This document shows positions 55,219 to 64,000 of a stretch of 64,000 nucleotides of DNA, piece after piece. The stretch covers positions 36,642,001 to 36,706,000 of the forward strand of contig OZ024746.1 in the NCBI GenBank assembly GCA_964016885.1. The letters are read 5' to 3'. Every line of letters starts with the position of its first letter. Within the stretch, counting starts at the first letter, position 1. Position numbers and translations under genes: made by a program. Origin of the DNA: Eledone cirrhosa (lineage: Eukaryota). The notes under the pieces are model-generated. The model was not told the origin of the DNA and did no database searches. It worked only from the letters and a program-made list of their open reading frames with translations.

Positions 55219-57240
55219 TGATGATGAAATATTTTAATGAAACATAAAACATATATTTTGCCTGTGAATGTAGTCCACTTATTTAATTTCTCAAGTCCAT
55301 CATTCTTTAAACTGGTTAGGTGATTTTGATGTTTAGAAGTTGGTTTTTAACCTACGATGTGTACATTTGGAGTATAAATTTCTCCTCTTGGAAATGATTA
55401 GATAAAATATCATTTTTACGTGGTGAGTTGTAGAAGCAGCCCCTTAGCTTAGCAGTATACATTTCCATATATATATATGCCTTGAATCAATGATGGAAAC
55501 ATTTTTGAAACGCAGCACTAAATGCCTTGACGCGTTGTATTTATTTACTATATTTTACGTTGTCAATTTAAAGATCATCAACTTCAAAGTAACCTTTCAT
55601 CCTTCCACACTCTAAAGATATAGTCTGTACTCAGACCTAAGCAAATGCTGAGAATGTTGCCGAAGTAAAAATCAATAATTATAGACACCAGTATTAGTAT
55701 TAGACTGAACTTGTCTTCTTTCGGAACTATACCGGTGAATGTAATATATATACAATTCATTTTCTTTTAAATTGAAACTGATTTGTTTTTGTGTCTAATC
55801 TGTTTTAATGGCAGATATCTAAATAGATTACTAATTAGGAAATAAAATAGAATATTTCTTTAGAATATTCCACTTGAGAAATACAAACAAAATTATAATT
55901 TTCTAAGAATTAGACATTTCTAGATTCTAGAGTTGTCATTGTTACACTCAATTAATCAAGCAAACAGCTGAGCCGTAAATAGGGAAATATTTATGATCGG
56001 GAAAATGATGGTAGTAGAGTTAAATAATTAGTAGAGGAAACTAATTAATTTCTCGTACGAATCATTCTGTGAGAAAATTACGGATATTTTAACTCTCAGT
56101 GTTCTACTATATCCTTAATCGTAAAAACTATACATTATAGAAATGCGTTTTTAAAAGCCTCCAATTTATCTAATCTCCAAAATAAAAAAAAGAAGCCTGA
56201 AATATGTGCATGTTAAACGCATTCAATTAATTTAGAGGAATTGATTTGAAATGCCCGTGAAAACATAATTTAAAGCGATAATTAAGCCTTTTCGTTATCA
56301 ATATATTTTATTAATCAAGGCGAGCTTACGCAGAACTTATTAATGCATGGTTTTCATTTTACTAATATATTTTAATAGCATATTTTAGTACGGTGGATCT
56401 TGAAAAAAACTTACACCCAACACACACATACACACACACACCAACACACTGACACACGCACACACACACACACATACACATTTGATTAAACTTTAATCTT
56501 TTATTTTAATATATATATATACGGGTATTAGTAAATTATGTGCGTCCACAGTTCGCTAGATTATATCAGAAGTCTGTCTCGACGTTCACTATTCCTTTAT
56601 ATCTATTTTACACACACACATACTCTCTCTCTCTCTATCTCTCTCTTACACAAACACACACGCACACACACATATTTATATATATATATTAGAAAAGGGA
56701 AGCGAGGTTCTATAAAAAACATTGGGTATAGAGAAATGATGAAGTTGGAAATAGCATGGGAGATATGTTTAAGGGTCTGTTTTTCTTTTTTGATTTAAAA
56801 AGATAGTGTTATTAAAAAAAGAGGGACAATACTTTTTTGAAAATGTGTTCATGAAGTATATAAAGTGTATGTAAAAATTAACTGTTTCAATGTATTAAGA
56901 TCCATCTTATCGAATTCATTGAAAAAAGTTAATTAAAAAGGGAGTAAAAAAAGGGTTTAAAATTAAAATCAAAATCAAAAACGAGTGTTTGAGCAAAGTT
57001 TCTTCCATCATGCTTTCTGAAAAGTTTGCATGGAATGAGGCCAAGATGTTTTGTTCAATCTAGTGGTCAATAGTTCAAAAGGGGGTAGGGAGTTGAGAAG
57101 CTGACTAATGTGGTAGGTTGGGATGTGTACATACCCCCCCCCTCCACACACACACAAACACTCACACACACAAGAGTACACACATGTGGGTGTGTGCGTA
57201 TATGTATACATGATTATGTGTGCTTATATATATATATATA

Positions 57241-57434
57241 TAACGAAGGAATTGTGGTAAGGAACCAGATGGACCATAACGCACCAAAGTACTCAATACT
57301 TAGTGTAGTAGAGTGGGTAATAGGAACAAATATGACCCCGACGGCAGAGCTCAAGCCGTTTCGACGGCTATTTCAGTCCAGAAATAGCCGTCGAAACGGC
57401 TCGAGCTCTGCCGCCGGGGTCATACTTGTTGCTA
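57241..57434 (-). mobile_element. Ultra-short hairpin insertion of the 45.5-kb PLE family 3' end
   Basis: 57241-57380 matches 45513-45650; palindrome 57321-57434. Confidence 0.9.
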
Positions 57435-57722
<288 letters not shown>

Positions 57723-59105
57723 CACACATATGTTTTATTTATTATTTTTTCATTTCATCTTTCTCTTTATTTTTTCCCTATCGTATTCTTTTATAACCTC
57801 ATTATTTAATTCAATAAAGCAATAATTCATTATTGCTTTATTTCCTTATCGGTGTATTCTTTGTCTTTGTAATGACAAAAATTGCTATTTTCAATTGTAT
57901 TTTATTTTTAATATTTCTTAAAAATTTGAGTTATCTTCATTGCGTTTCTATTATATTCGTAACGACATTATTCCTCGTTCTAAGAATCTTCTTTTTGTAG
58001 TATATACAGGCTATCAATTAGTTTTCCTTCCTATATTGCGAAGATCTGTAATTCCATGTGTTTATCAATATCCATGGTCATTTGTGAGTGATCTTAGATT
58101 CACCACTTTGATATCGTATCGTTTATACTTTTCGGACTTGAGTTTTTGTCGAATTATTTGTACGGCTCTGATTTCTCATTGATCGGATCCAGTTGATCGG
58201 TCCTCGCTAATGCCAATGACGTTGCGTTTATCAAGCGATCGTAGATCTCCGCCTCGCTGTTACTTTCGATTACATTTACAGGATTGTGTGTTATGCTTAA
58301 TATTCAGTCGGTCTTCATTCAACCATCGCTTCTAAGTTTTTCCATAGGTATTCGTCTAGTTTCTGCCGTGTTTTTTCTGCCTATTCCTAGAGTGTGTACT
58401 GTTCATTTTTTCTTTTCGGAATAGTTAGTTTTCTATTTCTTTTAGTTCTTTAAACAGTCATTAACTTAGTCTTTCTTCACATTGTTTCTGTTTACTATTT
58501 GATGTGGCAATCTCAGAAATATGTATATATGCGACAATGTCAAATGAAAGTGTTAGAAAGTTATAAAATGCCGGGAAGGTAATGTTTTTTTTTTTTTCAT
58601 ATAAATATTTACAATGGACAAGAGAAACAAATTAATATATAAATACATTTTTTTAAATATAGGGACGTTTCCAGAAATAGTTATCATTATGTAATTATAT
58701 TTTTATCATAAGCGACAACAGATACCCCAACAGATACGTCCTTTGTATTGGAAAGAAAATAGAGCGACGAACAACAACGCATGGAAGATATAATTCAATG
58801 ATGCCAACAGAAAGCTGTGACAGAAAAATATATATCCAACACCAACTTCAAATAAAAAGAAATATAGAAAAGCTACTAAAAGTAAAACCGGTTAGTACAT
58901 AAGCTAATCAGATATTCAAGACTATTTTTGAAACTTTCTTTTATTTATAAGAAAAATGTCCCATTAATTTGCATAAACTAATTTCTTTTTGTTTTATAAT
59001 GTAAACGTGTTTGTATTTAAAAACATTAGGTGCATCTTCCTATTATTTTCGCTATATACATTTTTTTTGTAAGTAACTACTTTATTTTCAAACATATCTT
59101 TCCCT

Positions 59106-59201
<96 letters not shown>

Positions 59202-60299
59202 ATAAACGTGTCTGTGTGTCTGTTTATTTGATTTGAACTGTTATTTTTGTCCTCGTTCATGTATTTATTCATTCGTTTGCATATTCAGTTATTGTTATTG
59301 ATGTTAGATTTCTTCACATTTCTTTTACTTACCGTGTTTGAGTGTGTGTTTTTTTGTTGCCTTTGTTTGTTCGATATTTGCTTTTAGCTTTTACATTTCT
59401 ATTATATTCCCAGACTGTCTCCAAAACTAATTGGAAATACTTGCAAATAAAAAGAAAGGATAACTTTGTATCATTTTGATCTGTCTTTCATAAATAATTT
59501 GTTGCATGCTATTTTTTCCATTTGCCATTTTGTTTCTCTATTTCTTCTTTCATATTTCAATCTAATATTACATTTTTTTAATCCTTATTTCTCTATTAGC
59601 TGTTATTTTTCCTTTAGTATTGATTTTTTTGTTTTTGTTATATTCGTGTCCTTATTAAGGGATTCATTAGTTGCATGGCGATATTTGTTTTGCATGGCGA
59701 TATATGTTTCGTTTTTCACATTCTCTTAGAATATTTATATTCCGCGGATTTCCGTTTAAAGTTTTCATTTTTTTTCATGCTTTCCAACAATTCTTCCTGA
59801 AGTTCATACTCAATCCCTTTGATTTTAATGATTCGTATTCATGTCATATATTTCCTTTGCCTTTCTTATATGTCATATATTCCTTTTTTTTACATATTTT
59901 GTTTTGTTTAAGTTATTTTGCCTTTTTACAAGTTTTCATTCATATTTTATATTTATATTTTCCCAGCTGTATCTTTTATATATTTTACTACTTCCTTGTT
60001 AAGTTTTTGTTTTAATTTATTTTGCTTTCAGTCTTCAACTTATTAAATATTCTTCTATGTACGTACATTCTTCTTCATATCTGCCCATTTCTGTGTTATC
60101 GTTACATAATCCTTGCATGCTTTAACATGGTATTTTATGTAGCATATATTTGACGAAGGCCTCAGGTTTCAAAAGGTTAATTTCTATTTTACAATCCAGC
60201 GCGTATTGACACATTTGCGTCTTGTATTGCTGAATCTGGTGCAGATTCTGTCTCTTTTTCTTCTTGTTGCATTCTATTCTCATCTGTATAATCTATAAC

Positions 60300-60486
60300 T
60301 GTTTCTACTGTTGACACATGGCCAACAATTATCCCAGTGTATTACTGGTACTTTATATTATCGACCCCGTAAGGATGAAAGGCAAAGTTAACCTGGGCGG
60401 GATTTGAACACAGTCCGTAAAAGGACGTAACTGTGCTGCAAAGCATGGCGTCCGACCCTCTACCGATACTGACAATCCACCGCCCT
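60300..60486 (-). mobile_element. Full-length tRNA-derived SINE, copy 1 of a tandem pair
   Basis: Minus strand A-box-like tgtcagtatcgg, B box gttcaaatcc, core gcctttcatccttacggggtcgata..gtaccagt (resembles Meta/Sauria-type SINE cores). Confidence 0.85.
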
Positions 60487-60492
60487 AAATAG

Positions 60493-60678
60493 AGTTTCTA
60501 CTTTTGGCACAAGGCCAGCGAATACCCAAGTGCACCACTGGTACTTTATTTGATCGACCTCGTAAGGATGAAAGGCAAAGTTAACCTCGGCGGATTTGAA
60601 CTCAGAACGCAAAGGCCATAACTATGCTGCAAAACATGGTGCCTGACGCTCTACCGATATTGCCAAACCACTGCTCCG
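60493..60678 (-). mobile_element. Full-length tRNA-derived SINE, copy 2
   Basis: Minus strand tggcaatatcgg A box, gttcaaatcc B box, same core. Confidence 0.85.
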
Positions 60679-62944
60679 TATAATCTATAATGAAAGGAAA
60701 TCCAGCTATGCCATCCCATCGTTCTACCACATATATGATACAATTACTCAGTATATTCTAACTATTTTTCCTTTGCATCATTAGTTGCTTTGCAAGTTAG
60801 AGACATATTGCTGGAAAGTTATATACTTTTAAATTAAATCAAACTATATTCATCTTAAATTTAATTTTGTTTGATTCGTACATTTGGTAGATCGTTGGAT
60901 AAAATACTATTACGGTATTTGTTCCTACACTTTACATTCTGAGTTTAAACCGATCCGATATCTCGTTTGCGTTTCATCATCTACGGACCAACTTTACAAT
61001 GAAGTAAAAGTCAAGCTGGTTTTGATTTAATTATCTTTGCTCGTCCGTGAAATCTGCTGGACTTGCGCCGAATTAGAAATAGATATTGAATAAATGTCAT
61101 TTCCTTCTATTTAAGAAATAGATTGCAATTGTAATGTGTTAGCTATTTTCAGTTCATCAACCATTTTTAACATGTACATTCTTCTCGCAGTCAAGTTTTC
61201 AACATGAATATGTTAAAGAGAACAAGATAGAGAGTGACACTACATCGCAAAACGCGGGTGGCGTCAAAGCACGCATGTTTGTGCATGACAGCGTCTGTCA
61301 ACCATCAAATGAAGTGAAGAGAGTCAATCAAAGAAATAACGTTATTACAAACGACATACATTTGTATAAGGAAGATTTCTTAAATGAAAACAATAACACG
61401 AACTAAAACAACAAAATCAATGAGAACAGCAACATCAGCTGTAAACTGAAACCAGTGGTAACATCAAACACAACAGTTATAGCAGGGACAATATCGATAA
61501 GAATAAAAAAAGTAGTAAGAACAACAGCCATCAGCCAGTCAAAAAACCTGCCAGAAGTGCCAGCAGTAACGGAATGCCTCTTCCAAATGTAATTGTGGTA
61601 ATAATCATTATTATGTGGGCTTGCTCTGAGTATGCACATGTAATTTGGAGGAGAACATTTGAAAATGTAAACTACGTATTAGTTTTTGAGGTGATGTTTT
61701 GTCGGAAAGTGAAGATGCGAAAACTTCCCCAGTTACGATTTACTATTCTCATTAAAATAGGTAGTCGCTTACAAAATACAAAAAACCTTCTGGGATAAGG
61801 TTAAAATATGACTTTGCAAGAGATTTCAGGACATTTTAAATCGAATTTTCCACGAGGCAGATACAGTCAGTGTACAATGTCCAGAGTATCTAATAATTAG
61901 AGACAAGTACCATATATAATTTACCTGGGCATTGAACTAAAACAAACCAGTGGACAGAGACGCAACAACAGGAATCTGAAATGTTACCTCCTGGCAGAGA
62001 AATCTTTCACGGACTGACTTAACTAATTAGTCTATCATTAATAGTAGACGAGAGATCCCGACGAATTAGAAGCTTACAATAGAATTGTTGGGTATTTACG
62101 AAAAGATAGCAATAGTTAAGGTTAGAGTAAACACTTTAGTTGGTAGTGTAGGGTCATATTTTAAAGGGACGACAACTTCACACTAAACATTTTTTTAAAT
62201 GGGCCTCGTCAAATTCTTCGATGTGAAACTAAAAGTGGTTAATTGTTCGTGCTTGGGAACTAGCGCTGAACATGAAGAATGAAAAGCTGGTGGAGGTGTC
62301 CGATCATCAGGAATGAAGTCAGGGATTCATTTATAGATGTGACACAATTCTGTCTGAGAGTATCGTTTGCTTTTGTAACAAGGATAGGATGGACTGCGAG
62401 GCCAATCGCGAAAAGCAGAAGTATCGACCGCTGAGAAAACCAAATCACAGCAGATGAAATCCTGGACGTGCTGACCTATTGTACGGAGGATGAATGTCCA
62501 GGATTAAACAGTCTACCTTAAGAGTTTTACATCTACATGGCAAAGGTATTGGCTATTTTGATGTAGTGAATGAGCAGCATTTCCAGTAGTCTTAGAAGGG
62601 TAGAGGCGGTTCTACAAACGAAGGAATTAAACAAGAGAAATGTATGAATGTCTATGTATTGGGATGGAGATTGAGCGACAACGAAAACATAATGAATAGC
62701 ATTTATTGGAGGTAATGTTATATATAAAGGTATGATCAATTTGTGAAATGGATTGGAACGGTGGCATTTTAGTTTAAATCTGTCTAGAGCCCGAACGTTC
62801 ATCAGGCCAGTACTTCACCCGGATTCCGAGGCTTTAAGCAAATGACAGTACAAAACTCTACATATAGAAAAGACGCCAGTTTATCGCAAGGTTAATACAC
62901 CTGCTATTACTTGTACTCATTTTGAATGGGTATATTGGAGTAAC

Positions 62945-63047
62945 TTACATGAAGTGTTTTTGTTTCCGAAGAAAACAACGCACGACCTAGTCAAGGAATC
63001 GAACGATCATAAGTCCAACATGCTTACGACTAGGTCACGCACCTCCA
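62945..63047 (-). mobile_element. Fragment of a second tRNA-derived SINE type
   Basis: Minus strand gtgacctagtcgtaagc...gttcgattcc A/B-box-like motifs. Confidence 0.45.
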
Positions 63048-64000
63048 AATAGTGGCACTTTAGGAAGCGTGATAATTCTTAATAATCTATACTAAGCTGA
63101 CATATGGGTGCTAGTGACGTGTTTGAGGCGTATTTTCTCTTTCATTTTGTTTTCTTAATTGGAGGATTAGTTTAAAATAGTTTTTTGGATCAAATCCACA
63201 TTAAATTCCCTCTTTCCAAATACTACTTTCAACTTACTAAATAATTTCGACAGGGCACAGTTCTTGTCTATTCTTTTATATCAACCTTTGAAAATGTCCT
63301 CTATGAATGACTATATTTTAGATATTTTCCTAATCTGACATTGGTATCAAATGGACATTGTTCATCAATTGCCAGACATGATTCCTAATTATCAATGGCT
63401 ACGATCTCTGTTTTATTTTTGTACTGTATCGAGACGTTCGGATCCTATGAGGGGGAACAGTCCTTATATTTCTGCGAGTGACATATCGTCACACTAGCCA
63501 TGTTTTTTTCTCTATTATAACACCGCGTAAGATCATTCACAACGGGCTATAAAACCTAAAATAGAAGAGAGATATAAACATGTATCGACTGGCGAATATT
63601 TTATTCATAGTTCTACAAATACAAATTCGTTGCAAATTTATATTTGTTCTGTTGCTTGACATGTCATAAATAAATAAGAATTGAAATTTAAATATGAAGC
63701 TTCGCGTGAGCTAAACAATTAATAATAGTGTTTATATCGATATATTTATCTGCTAGTAACATGGGCAATGGGAAACTCTCATTTTTATCGAATGCACATT
63801 TTATATTTGTTAAATTTAGGAATATATCTTTTTAAGGGTGTACTTTCAAAATGAAATGCTTGCACGAATGCTAGAATTTACTGCTGAGTAATCATATATG
63901 ATACATATGAACATGATCATTTGTAGCTTAATTATGTATTTTGCAAGCCAATTATCGTTGTAAATATACAAGCCAGCTAATATTTAATGCGAGATACAGG

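Noticed and set aside
60300-60678. tRNA genes
   Set aside because: A/B boxes belong to SINE heads; no full cloverleaf
62250-62830. Possible retroelement coding remnant
   Set aside because: Composition is suggestive but no diagnostic motif could be confirmed

Overview
AT-rich, microsatellite-dense eukaryotic DNA with no recognisable intact host gene. The tRNA-derived SINE family and the repeat landscape suggest an octopus/cephalopod genome (inference). Most ORFs in the track are microsatellite translations. The window is dominated by Penelope-like retroelements (PLEs) and their non-coding derivatives. About a dozen fold-back (inverted-repeat) insertions sit in or beside (TA)n tracts. In most, the arms carry an outward-facing type I hammerhead ribozyme (HHR) motif or part of one, and one arm has an extra family-specific 3' tail. 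The HHRs are unusually varied: U3-A8 core variants, a repeated C4 core variant, and several with 80-100 nt structured expansions of stem II. A near-identical 316-bp tandem/inverted array (25.2-26.4 kb) looks like a young retrozyme. Coding remnants are a head-to-head PLE pair (27.8-33.3 kb), a very young truncated PLE (45.5-48.3 kb), three decayed PLEs, and CR1-like and RTE-like LINE fragments. All structures were read by eye; none has been computed or tested.
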